NCBI GenBank assembly: GCA_028819215.1
Contig: JAPPMG010000053.1
Coordinates: 30,280-94,279 of the forward strand
Origin: Bryobacterales bacterium
GTDB lineage: Bacteria > Acidobacteriota > Terriglobia > Bryobacterales > UBA6623
DNA length: 64,000 nt
Reading direction: 5' to 3'
A model generated the notes under the pieces. That model searched no databases. It saw only the letters and a program-made list of their open reading frames with translations, and was not told the origin of the DNA. A program made the translations under genes and the position numbers. Positions 1-8,118 of this stretch are shown one piece after another (within the stretch, counting starts at the first letter, position 1; each line of letters begins with the position of its first letter).

Positions 1-179
1 GGACACTCCACGAGTGGAAACTGCACGCGATTGCGAACGGTCCGCTTCTCCGTCGACGCTGCGGCTAGGCCGAGCCGAAGCAGGTTGGCAACGACTTCCC
101 GTAGCTTGAGGTTCTCCTCAGCCGCCTGAACCTTGACAGCCCGCATCAGTTCGTCTGGCAGGTCAAGAGTAGTCTTCAC
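1..179 (-). CDS. Ribbon-helix-helix (VapB-type) antitoxin, N-terminal part; the gene runs off the left edge of the window
   Basis: Not in the ORF track because there is no stop in the window. Own translation from GTG at 179: VKTTLDLPDELMRAVKVQAAEENLKLREVVANLLRLGLAAASTEKRTVRNRVQFPLVEC. The KTTLDLPDEL..RA.K..A opening is typical of RHH antitoxins that precede PIN toxins. Third-codon positions are GC-rich in this frame. Confidence 0.6.
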   Translation of the reverse strand, partial: MKTTLDLPDELMRAVKVQAAEENLKLREVVANLLRLGLAAASTEKRTVRNRVQFPLVEC

Positions 180-511
180 TCAATAATTATACCAGAATTA
201 TGGTTTTCCAGCATCGGATTCTCGGTGACGGTATCGGCTGTCGCGCTGCCGATCACACAGACCAAAGACACCTTGTGCAATATGCTGGCACGAAGGGTCG
301 AACACAGTGAGTAACATGATGTCAGACGCTGGACTCTCGCTACGAGATCCGGGCATGGTCGTTACCCTCCTAATCGCGCAACGCACTGTGGATTCGCCGC
401 GTAATGATCGCTCACGAAACTGGTGGATTCTAGTGCGAGTGCAAGCGTGCCAAGGCCGGTATTGGCACCCACCAAACACCATGTGTCCGCATCGTCTCCA
501 CACGTAGCGCC

Positions 512-2239
512 ATGAAGGATCCGGTTGCCTGGTACGACAAGCACGCAAGCACAGTTGCGGCGCGGTACGAGTCCGTTAAACCGGACTCCCTGTATAGCTG
601 GCTAACCGACCTGCTGCCCGAACCGCCAGGTCTCGTACTCGATGTGGGTGCCGGATCCGGGCGCGACGCTGCCTGGCTCGCCGCCAAGGGCTACGAGGTG
701 TTCGCCGTCGAGCCTTCGAAGGCAATGCGGCGGGTCGCCAGGATGCTGCATCCCACTGCCTCTGTGCGCTGGGTCCACGACTCCCTTCCGAAGCTGGACT
801 ACACGGTGCGATCGGGGCTCTCCTTCGATGTGATCCTGCTCAGCGGAGTATGGATGCACGTCCCTCCGGGGCAGCGTCCCAGGGCCTTTCGCAAGCTTGT
901 CAACCTTCTCCGGCCAGGTGGCATCATTGCCATCTCCCTGCGGATCGGTCCCGAGGAACCCGAGCGCGGAATGCACGGCGCGGACAGTTCGGAAATCGAG
1001 TCGCTAGCGAAGAAGCACGGGACGATCGTCCATCGTGCAGTGGAGCGCGAGGATCTCTTGGGCCGCGACGGGGTCCGGTGGAAGAACTACGTCCTGCGGT
1101 TTCCGGACGACGGAACAGGCGCGCTGCCCCTGCTCCGGCACGTGATCCTGAACGACGACAAGAGCTCGACCTACAAGCTCGGCCTCCTACGCTCGATTTG
1201 CCGCATCGCGGATGGCTCCGCCGGGCTTGTGCGGCTCACTGAGGACGACAAACTCTCGATTCCGCTTGGGCTGGTTGCGCTGACCTGGCTGAGGCTGTAC
1301 AAGCCGCTGCTCGCGGCTAGCTTCCCACAGAATCCGAAGAATGTTCGCGGAGGAATCCACCTCCGGTTCGCCCGCAAGGATTTCGACAGGCTCGTGGCAT
1401 TCTCCCATCTGGACATGAGAGTGGGGGTTCGGCTCGGCCCGACCGACGCGGTAGCGCTCCACGGCGCTCTCCGCGATGCGGCCGAAACGATTCGGATCAT
1501 GCCCGCCCACTACATGACGTTCCCGGACGGGACTCCTATCCTCCCGGTGAACCGCACTGCGAGGCTCCCTCGGGCGCTAACACCCGACGTCATCGACGAA
1601 CCGTACTTGCGCAGTTTCGGTGAGATGCTCGTTCCATGGAGAATCTGGCAGGCCGTGCAACGCTTCGCAGTCTGGATCGAGCCGGCGCTAGTGGAGGAGT
1701 GGATCCGACTCATGCAGCGGTATGCGGAAACGCAAGGCCGAGACTTGCCAAGGGATCGCGCCGCTGCAGCGATGGTATGGTCCGACCCCACGCGAGACGT
1801 TGGGATCGCAAAGCGGCAGGCGCGAGATCTGCTGGAGTCCAGCAAGCTTTACTGTGTTTGGAGCGGCAAGAGGCTCTCAGCGAGGTCGCTCGACCTCGAT
1901 CACTGCTTTCCTTGGTCAGCTTGGCCGTGCTCGGACCTCTGGAATCTCATGCCCGCTAATCGGTCGGTGAACCAGAACGAGAAGCGAGCGAAACTGCCAA
2001 GCGCGACGCTTATGCTGGCCGCCCGTGACCGCATTATGTCTTGGTGGGAGGCGGCGTACGGGTCGTCAAGCCCTCTGATTCGAAAGAGGTTCGAACTTGA
2101 GGCTGCGTCCAGCTTGCCAGGCGTCCTGCCATTGGACGCAGATCTCGACTCGTGTTTCGAAGGAGCCTTCGCACAGCGCACCAAACTGCGCTACGACCAG
2201 CGCGTACCGGAATGGTCGGGAGAGAGATACGTCGGGTAG
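512..2239 (+). CDS. Fusion protein: class I SAM-dependent methyltransferase (N-term), unassigned ~250-aa region, HNH nuclease (C-term)
   Basis: 575-aa ORF. SAM motif I is VLDVGAGSGRDAAWLAAKGYEVFAVEPS, followed by DVILLSGVWMHV and LLRPGGIIAISL. The C-terminal CVWSGKRLSARSLDLDHCFPWSAWPCSDLWNLMPANRSVNQNEKRAKLP is an HNH core. Confidence 0.75.
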   Translation: MKDPVAWYDKHASTVAARYESVKPDSLYSWLTDLLPEPPGLVLDVGAGSGRDAAWLAAKGYEVFAVEPSKAMRRVARMLHPTASVRWVHDSLPKLDYTVRSGLSFDVILLSGVWMHVPPGQRPRAFRKLVNLLRPGGIIAISLRIGPEEPERGMHGADSSEIESLAKKHGTIVHRAVEREDLLGRDGVRWKNYVLRFPDDGTGALPLLRHVILNDDKSSTYKLGLLRSICRIADGSAGLVRLTEDDKLSIPLGLVALTWLRLYKPLLAASFPQNPKNVRGGIHLRFARKDFDRLVAFSHLDMRVGVRLGPTDAVALHGALRDAAETIRIMPAHYMTFPDGTPILPVNRTARLPRALTPDVIDEPYLRSFGEMLVPWRIWQAVQRFAVWIEPALVEEWIRLMQRYAETQGRDLPRDRAAAAMVWSDPTRDVGIAKRQARDLLESSKLYCVWSGKRLSARSLDLDHCFPWSAWPCSDLWNLMPANRSVNQNEKRAKLPSATLMLAARDRIMSWWEAAYGSSSPLIRKRFELEAASSLPGVLPLDADLDSCFEGAFAQRTKLRYDQRVPEWSGERYVG

Positions 2240-2368
2240 GCGCCACCGCAGGTGCAATCAACACGTCGGTAGCAGTCTGGCGGGCGAATCCCCGTGCCGA
2301 TAGCCGATCAGGTCGAATCCGTTGCTCGATAGCAGGCTTCCGACGGGGGCACGCGTACGTGCGACCGC

Positions 2369-2653
2369 TCAACCGTCGGCGCGCTCAAATCCGAACGTCA
2401 GCCGCATACCTGTTGCTTCGGCATATCGGCGCAGGGTCCTGACCGACGGCGAAAACGTGCCTCCCTCCAGCCGCGCAATCGCCGACTGTGTGGTGCCGAT
2501 ACGCGCTGCCAGTTCGGCTTGTGTCAACTTCGCGGCCGTGCGGGCATGGACCATTGCCTCCACCAACGCATACTCTTCATCTGCCCGCACGTATTCCTCA
2601 CGGAACGCCGGGTCTTTCATGAAGCGCTCTTTCAGATCCTTTGATTTCGCCAT
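2369..2653 (-). CDS. XRE-family helix-turn-helix protein, HigA-like antitoxin
   Basis: Start moved to the ATG at 2653 (MAKSKDLKERFMKDPAFREEY...). AKLTQAELAARIGTTQSAIARLEGG is a classic HTH_XRE motif. Size (~94 aa) and layout match HigA-type antitoxins. Confidence 0.8.
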   Translation of the reverse strand: MAKSKDLKERFMKDPAFREEYVRADEEYALVEAMVHARTAAKLTQAELAARIGTTQSAIARLEGGTFSPSVRTLRRYAEATGMRLTFGFERADG

Positions 2654-2767
2654 GTATACACCTGCTTCATTCGCTCCTGGGCTGCGGCTAACGCCTGCCG
2701 CGGCATCCAGCGCATCGAGAAACACGCCCTTACTGAGACTCTAACCGGCGAGCAGCCAAGTACGACA

Positions 2768-3931
2768 TCATTCGACTATCGCGTCAGACCAAAGCTGCTC
2801 GAGAAAGCGCTCCCATGGCAGAATCCAAATCCCGTCGTTCGTACGCCGGGCGTCGCGCTCGTTGCACACTACTATCGCCTGCCGTGGGCTATGCTCGTCC
2901 ACGTATGCGCGGATGCTCCTCAAATCAGGCGGATGCACACGCGTGCTCCCCTTGACCTCGATCGCAACCTCGCCTTCGCGCCCGAGAACGAAATCACACT
3001 CCAGCCCAGATTTGGTGCGCCAGAATCGCAGGGGAAAGTCCCGTTCTCGATAGCTACGGTAGGCGAGCAGTTCCATGAGCACCAAGTGCTCAAGGGCCCG
3101 CCCGAACTCCTGCCCCGCGGGCCGTTCGATATTGCGACCCATCAAGTGGCCCGCAACGCCAACATCGAACAGGTAGAACTTGGGCGCACGCGTGATGACC
3201 TCCCGCGAGCGTCTCCGACTGAACGGCTCGAGCAGGGTGCCAACCAGCGTGTCGACGAGTATCTGAAAATACTCCCGAACCGTCTTTGAATCGACGCCGC
3301 AATCCCTAGCGATGTTGCTGGAATTGAGGAGTTCGGCGTGGCTGAACGATAGTGCGTCGAAGAACCGCGAAAACGCGGGAGCGTTCCTGACCAACCCCTC
3401 GTCGAACACCCCCTCCTTCAGATAGTCGTCGACGTAGCCAGCGAGTGCGCGCCGGTGCTGCTTCGTGTCGTAGTGCTGGGGAATCAGCCCGCGGTTCAGT
3501 GCTCGCAGCAGATCGAAGTCGGGAATCTCCGCATAGGTCAGTGGATGCAGACCGAAGCGCCAAGCCCGCCCTCCGAGCATGTTGGCGTGCCCCCGCTTGA
3601 GCTTCCGCGCACTGGATCCGCAAAGTACGAAGCCGAGGCCTTTGTTCTCTATCAGTCGGTGGGCCTCGTCGAGGAGTGCTGGCACCTTCTGCACTCCGTC
3701 GATGATGATTGGGCCGGTGAAATTAGTGCCACTCAGGGCATCCAATTGTTCGGCGAGTGCCCAAGGGCTCCGGGTAAACTCCAGCAGCAACCTGGTGTCC
3801 AGCAGGTCAAAGCGCACCGCATCCGGAAATCGCTGGCGAAGCAGCGTGGACTTGCCGGTCTTGCGCGGACCCCAGAGAAAGGCCGACTGCCCTTTGGGAA
3901 GTTCTAGGCTGAGGATTCTCTCGTAGCTCAC
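2768..3931 (-). CDS. AAA+ ATPase with C-terminal DUF4143 (AAA_14/DUF4143, COG1373-type)
   Basis: 387 aa with a GTG start. Walker A is LWGPRKTGKSTLLRQ, Walker B-like is FVLCGSS. The C-terminal WRTKSGLECDFVL...EVAIEVK resembles the restriction-endonuclease-like DUF4143 end of this family. Confidence 0.85.
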   Translation of the reverse strand: MSYERILSLELPKGQSAFLWGPRKTGKSTLLRQRFPDAVRFDLLDTRLLLEFTRSPWALAEQLDALSGTNFTGPIIIDGVQKVPALLDEAHRLIENKGLGFVLCGSSARKLKRGHANMLGGRAWRFGLHPLTYAEIPDFDLLRALNRGLIPQHYDTKQHRRALAGYVDDYLKEGVFDEGLVRNAPAFSRFFDALSFSHAELLNSSNIARDCGVDSKTVREYFQILVDTLVGTLLEPFSRRRSREVITRAPKFYLFDVGVAGHLMGRNIERPAGQEFGRALEHLVLMELLAYRSYRERDFPLRFWRTKSGLECDFVLGREGEVAIEVKGSTRVHPPDLRSIRAYVDEHSPRQAIVVCNERDARRTNDGIWILPWERFLEQLWSDAIVE

Positions 3932-3942
3932 AAGCAGGAGTG

Positions 3943-3985
3943 TATTCCGAAATAGGTCAACTAATTCGGAGTATATTCCGATTTA
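3943..3985. promoter_or_regulatory. Three copies of a TCCGA(A/T)-centred motif just upstream of the ATPase gene; candidate operator
   Basis: tATTCCGAAAT (3943-3953), its inverted copy AATTCGGAgt (3963-3973) and tATTCCGATTT (3975-3985). They lie in an A/T-rich patch 12-55 nt from the GTG at 3931. Confidence 0.25.
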
Positions 3986-4103
3986 TCAGGATCTGTCAAG
4001 GCCGCCCGACGATGATCACGCCCTCCCTTTACGGATCACTTATCCGGTATCGGTCGTACAGCCAAGGTTCGCTTGGGCTAGCCGCCCAGAGTAACGCTAC
4101 GCA

Positions 4104-5003
4104 TCACAGCGATGGCAGTCCGCTCACCTCGACCGTGAACGGGAGCGTGCTCACCTTCCCCTTGCGCCGTACCTGTACCCACATTCGGTACATGCCCGGT
4201 TCCGGGAAGATCACATTCATCTGGATCAGCTTTCCGCCATCGGCAATGCTGGGGTGGCCGTGCATCATCGTGACCAGATCGTCCTTGACGGCGAGCATGT
4301 GCGCCCATGCACCTAGGTACTTCTGCAGCCCCCGGGCCGTGTTGAGCTCGAAAAACAGCAGCGTCAGAAGACCCGCTAGGGGCTCGGGCGGATCGGTACG
4401 CAAAGAAACTCTGACGTTGCGGCCCCGTTTGGGCTCTCTGTCGGCAGCCAAGCTAGGGGCCAGCGTCTCCAACGGCTCCTCGAATCCCGCCGTGGTCAAC
4501 GTCATCGGCATCATCTGCGGAGTCCCGCCGGTCGGGTAGAAGTCGCCCATCAGCCGGTACACGCCCGGCCGGTCAAAGACCGCTTCGATCCGAAAGATGC
4601 CGTCGTCGCCAAGCGTGGGATGCTCGTGCCGGAACACCTCAAGGTCGTGGCTCACCCAGAACAGGTGGAAAAGCTTCTCGTGGACAAGCTCGAAATCGGT
4701 CTGGCGCCCTCCGTTGTCGGGCCGCAAGACCTCGAAGCCCAACTCCACGGGCTCGCCCACCCGAACCGCTGCCGGAGTCGTCGTCAAGCGAACCTGGTAC
4801 TCGGCTGGCACGGGCAGGCCGAAGACGAGCTGCATCCCGCAACGGGAGCACACTCCCGCACTCTCGGATCGGATATCCGGGTCCATCGGGCAGACGAACG
4901 GAAGCGCTTCGAGGGGAACCGGGTCGAGCTTCAAGCCCTCGACAACGCTCTGTCCGAACAGGGGGGTCAAGGCCAGCACGGCGAGAGCACATAGCAGCCG
5001 CAT
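4104..5003 (-). CDS. Secreted protein with heavy-metal-binding (CxxC-type HMBD/YHS-like) domain
   Basis: Start set at the ATG at 5003, giving signal peptide MRLLCALAVLALTPLFGQS. CPMDPDIRSESAGVCSRCGMQLV is the short Cys-rich metal-binding module seen at the N-termini of Cu/Ag-related periplasmic proteins. The rest is unassigned. Confidence 0.6.
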   Translation of the reverse strand: MRLLCALAVLALTPLFGQSVVEGLKLDPVPLEALPFVCPMDPDIRSESAGVCSRCGMQLVFGLPVPAEYQVRLTTTPAAVRVGEPVELGFEVLRPDNGGRQTDFELVHEKLFHLFWVSHDLEVFRHEHPTLGDDGIFRIEAVFDRPGVYRLMGDFYPTGGTPQMMPMTLTTAGFEEPLETLAPSLAADREPKRGRNVRVSLRTDPPEPLAGLLTLLFFELNTARGLQKYLGAWAHMLAVKDDLVTMMHGHPSIADGGKLIQMNVIFPEPGMYRMWVQVRRKGKVSTLPFTVEVSGLPSL

Positions 5004-5091
5004 GGCTCGCTGCCGTGTGCGGCAACACCCCGCAACGATACCGGTGAGTGACGGTCGCAGCGACATTAGCCGACCCTGCTCGCGCATCGGA

Positions 5092-6114
5092 TCACCGCTT
5101 CACCCATTTCTGCAAGAGCGGCGGGCTCGCGCGGGGCTGGCGTGTCAGCCCGGCAAAGACGTTTCCGAGATTATCCGCTCCCAGTCCCTCTGGATCGGTC
5201 CCGCGGATGAAGGCCAGCACCTTCCCGTCCCCAGCTCTGCCGATTCGGATTCCATTCTCGCCTCCGGGATTGCGCACGGCGCCGGCGATCCTCTTGCCCG
5301 ACTCGGAGTCGGAAACGAGCAGGAAGTCACCGGATATGATTGCGATCCCGCTGGGGCGGCCGAACTGTCGCCAATCATCCACGAAGTTCATGTCCTGATC
5401 GAAGATCTGGACTCGATCGTTCGAGCGGTCGGCCACGAACAACCGGCCTCGCGAATCGAACGCCAGCGCGTGCGGGCCATCGAACTCACCAGGGCCTGAG
5501 CCCTTCTTTCCCCACTCATCGACATACTCGCCGGCGCTGGTGAATCGCACCAGCCGGTCGCCGTCCTGCTGGCTGGTCGAGGGACGCGGGAAATGGCCGT
5601 CGGCGACGATGATGTCGCCGTTCGGCGCCACCGCGCATGCGGTCGGCGCGATGAACGTGTCCTTGCCCGCCTTCGACACGCCAGCCTTGCCCAGCGTCAG
5701 GAGCAACTCACCGTCCTGGCTGAACTTGAAGAACTGGTAGCCCCGCCCTGCCTTGGACGAGTCGTCTCCGAAGGGGCCGCTGTCGCCCGCCCAGAGGTTG
5801 CCATCTTGATCCATGCAGAAGCCATGAGCCTGCACGAACATCCCCTCGCCGAACGCCTTGACGGCCTTGCCGGAGGAATCCAGCTTGATGATCGGCGGGT
5901 CCGAGCGATGGTGCAGCCACGCCCCGCCCTCGCCGTCTGGAATGATCCCGATGGACGAGCCCCACAGCACCCCGTCAGGCAGTTTGCCCCATCCCTCGAC
6001 CATGCGATAGGGATTAGCTAGGCCATCGATGCCGACCTGAGCGGAAAGGGCGACAGCGATGCTGAGAACCGAGGCGCAAACGGATAGAAGCCTCGTGCAG
6101 GCTGCTACGGGCAT
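5092..6114 (-). CDS. Secreted NHL-repeat six-bladed beta-propeller protein
   Basis: Start set at the ATG at 6114 (MPVAACTRLLSVCASVLSIAVALSAQ signal). NHL-type repeats include GEFDGPHALAFDSRGRLFVADRSNDRVQIFD, PNGDIIVADG and PSGIAIISGDFLLVSDSESG. Confidence 0.7.
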   Translation of the reverse strand: MPVAACTRLLSVCASVLSIAVALSAQVGIDGLANPYRMVEGWGKLPDGVLWGSSIGIIPDGEGGAWLHHRSDPPIIKLDSSGKAVKAFGEGMFVQAHGFCMDQDGNLWAGDSGPFGDDSSKAGRGYQFFKFSQDGELLLTLGKAGVSKAGKDTFIAPTACAVAPNGDIIVADGHFPRPSTSQQDGDRLVRFTSAGEYVDEWGKKGSGPGEFDGPHALAFDSRGRLFVADRSNDRVQIFDQDMNFVDDWRQFGRPSGIAIISGDFLLVSDSESGKRIAGAVRNPGGENGIRIGRAGDGKVLAFIRGTDPEGLGADNLGNVFAGLTRQPRASPPLLQKWVKR

Positions 6115-6235
6115 GAATCCTCGTTCACCTCGTGTGGCATGAGCCCGGCGAGATCCTCGCTGCGAGTGGGACAGGCCCGGCGTCAAGCGCCGCGGCAGAT
6201 CAAGGATAGCTCGGAGTCTGCGGCTCGGCCCGCCG

Positions 6236-7171
6236 CTAATGGACATCTTCGAAGAACGAGCCCATGCGGCGGAATTTCCTGCAGCGGCCCTCGACCAGTT
6301 CGTCCCCTGATTGATCCGTGAGCGCCTCAAGGCTGCGCTCTAACGCATCGCCGAGCAGAGTGGCAGCCTGGTCCAGGTCTTCGTGCGCGCCGCCCGGCGG
6401 CTCGGCGATGATCTCGTCCACCAAGCCGAGTTCCTTGAGATCCGTGGCCGTCAGCTTCAACGCGTTTGCCGCAAGCTCAGCCTTGCCCGAGTCCCGCCAC
6501 ACGATCGCCGCGCAGCTCTCGGGCGAGATCACGCTGTACACAGCGTTCTCCATCATCAGAACCCGATTGCCCATGCCCAGCGCCAAGGCGCCGCCACTGC
6601 CGCCCTCGCCAATACAAATCGCGATCAGAGGCACCTTCAGGTTGGCCATCTCATAGAGATTGCGGGCGATTGCTTCCGCCTGGCCGCGCTCTTCGGCGTC
6701 TTTGCCCGGATAGGCTCCCGGCGTGTCCAGCAGGGTCACGATGGGCCGTCCGAATTTCTCCGCAAGCTTCATCGTGCGCAGGGCCTTGCGGTATCCCTCC
6801 GGGCGCGGCATGCCGAAGTTGCGATGCACGCGCTCCTCCGTCTTGCGGCCCTTTTGCTGGCCAATGGCCATCACCTGCCGCCCGCGAAACGATCCGAACC
6901 CGCACACGACCGCGGGGTCGTCGCCAAAGACACGATCGCCGTGGATCTCAGAAAACCCGTCGACTAAGCATGCAATGTAGTCCAGCGAATGGGGCCGCCG
7001 CGGGTGCCTGGCCAATAGCACGTGCTCCCATGCGGTGCGCTCGGCGGCCGCTGACTCCCCTTTCGGCTCTTGGGCTTGACTCGCCTTGCGTGGGCCTGCC
7101 GCTGACACATTTCTCATTTTACGGCGTTGCGAGGCTGGGCGAGCCGACTCGCACCCGGGCGACTCTGCCAA
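6236..7171 (-). CDS. accA: Acetyl-CoA carboxylase carboxyltransferase subunit alpha
   Basis: ARHPRRPHSLDYI...GDRVFGDDPAVVCGFGSFRGRQVMAIGQQKGR...RNFGMPRPEGYRKALRTMKLAEKFGRPIVTLLDTPGAYPG...GEGGSGGALA are hallmark AccA motifs. The ORF-track start is TTG. An ATG at 7117 is an alternative. Confidence 0.9.
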   Translation of the reverse strand: MAESPGCESARPASQRRKMRNVSAAGPRKASQAQEPKGESAAAERTAWEHVLLARHPRRPHSLDYIACLVDGFSEIHGDRVFGDDPAVVCGFGSFRGRQVMAIGQQKGRKTEERVHRNFGMPRPEGYRKALRTMKLAEKFGRPIVTLLDTPGAYPGKDAEERGQAEAIARNLYEMANLKVPLIAICIGEGGSGGALALGMGNRVLMMENAVYSVISPESCAAIVWRDSGKAELAANALKLTATDLKELGLVDEIIAEPPGGAHEDLDQAATLLGDALERSLEALTDQSGDELVEGRCRKFRRMGSFFEDVH

Positions 7172-7410
7172 GCGACCGTGCTAGCGATAGGACACAAGCC
7201 GGGTGGGTTGCCGGCGAAGAGGGCGTGACGCAGCGGGAGCTAACGGGGACCCTTAGCATGAGGACACAGTCCGGAATCATGGAATCGATCCGAGTCCGCC
7301 AAACTTGAGCTGTCTGGAATTGCATTGGCTTACGCGCGGACTGACCGGAAGCACAGGATCCGGCCTGCCTAGATCGAAAACGTACGGATAGGGAATCTAA
7401 GGAGGTCCCG

Positions 7411-7908
7411 GTGTCAATCAGAACACTTCTTGTCACCTTCTCAATCGCGCTCGTCGCGTTGTCGCCAAACTCACGTGCGGCCGAGACTCCTCACGAGGAG
7501 ATCGTCGCCGAGCTTTTCGAGCTCCAGCAGCTCAACAATCTGATGGTCGAGACGGCCGAACTGTCAGCAAACCAGGTCATCAAGGTGCTCATGGACATTG
7601 CTCCGAGCATTAGCCCAGAACTTCGTGCCCGAATTCACAAAATGATGCGCTGGGAGGTATTGATTCTGGAGCCCAAGCTGATGCAGAGGTTCCACGAGTT
7701 CATGACAAAGCACTACACGGCTGAGGAGCTCCGCGAGTTGCATTCGTTCTACAAGAGCGACGTGGGGCAGAAGTCCGCTGGACTCACGCCACTGCTCATG
7801 CGGGAGACCATGTCTTGGAAGCGTGCTGAAGCCGGCAAGTCGATGCCTGGCACCTCCGGCGCAGGATCGGACGATCTCAAGGACGGGAAAGAGCAATCGA
7901 AGCCCTGA
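7411..7908 (+). CDS. Secreted DUF2059-like protein
   Basis: The GTG start is preceded by AAGGAGG. The signal peptide is LLVTFSIALVALSPNSRAAE. ELRELHSFYKSDVGQK resembles the FY.S..G.K signature of DUF2059. Confidence 0.55.
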   Translation: MSIRTLLVTFSIALVALSPNSRAAETPHEEIVAELFELQQLNNLMVETAELSANQVIKVLMDIAPSISPELRARIHKMMRWEVLILEPKLMQRFHEFMTKHYTAEELRELHSFYKSDVGQKSAGLTPLLMRETMSWKRAEAGKSMPGTSGAGSDDLKDGKEQSKP

Positions 7909-8118
7909 CCGAAGAGATTCGATCATCGCTGAAGGGGTCTGGCCTCCTCGAGCTCTGCCCGGTCTCGCACAGCCATCACCGTCGCCCGCCGATGCAACGC
8001 CTCCACCGTGTCGGCGCGCGGCCTCCCGCCCTACTGCCGGATTAACCCGGGCCCGTACGCCTCCAGGCTGCCGACAAACGCGGACAGCCCCTCGCCCGGC
8101 CCGTTGCGCTAGGCGACC

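Noticed and set aside
198-687. Several 60-116-aa ORFs in the spacer before the MTase-HNH gene
   Set aside because: They overlap each other, have poor composition and no SD or motif. They are treated as a non-coding promoter region.
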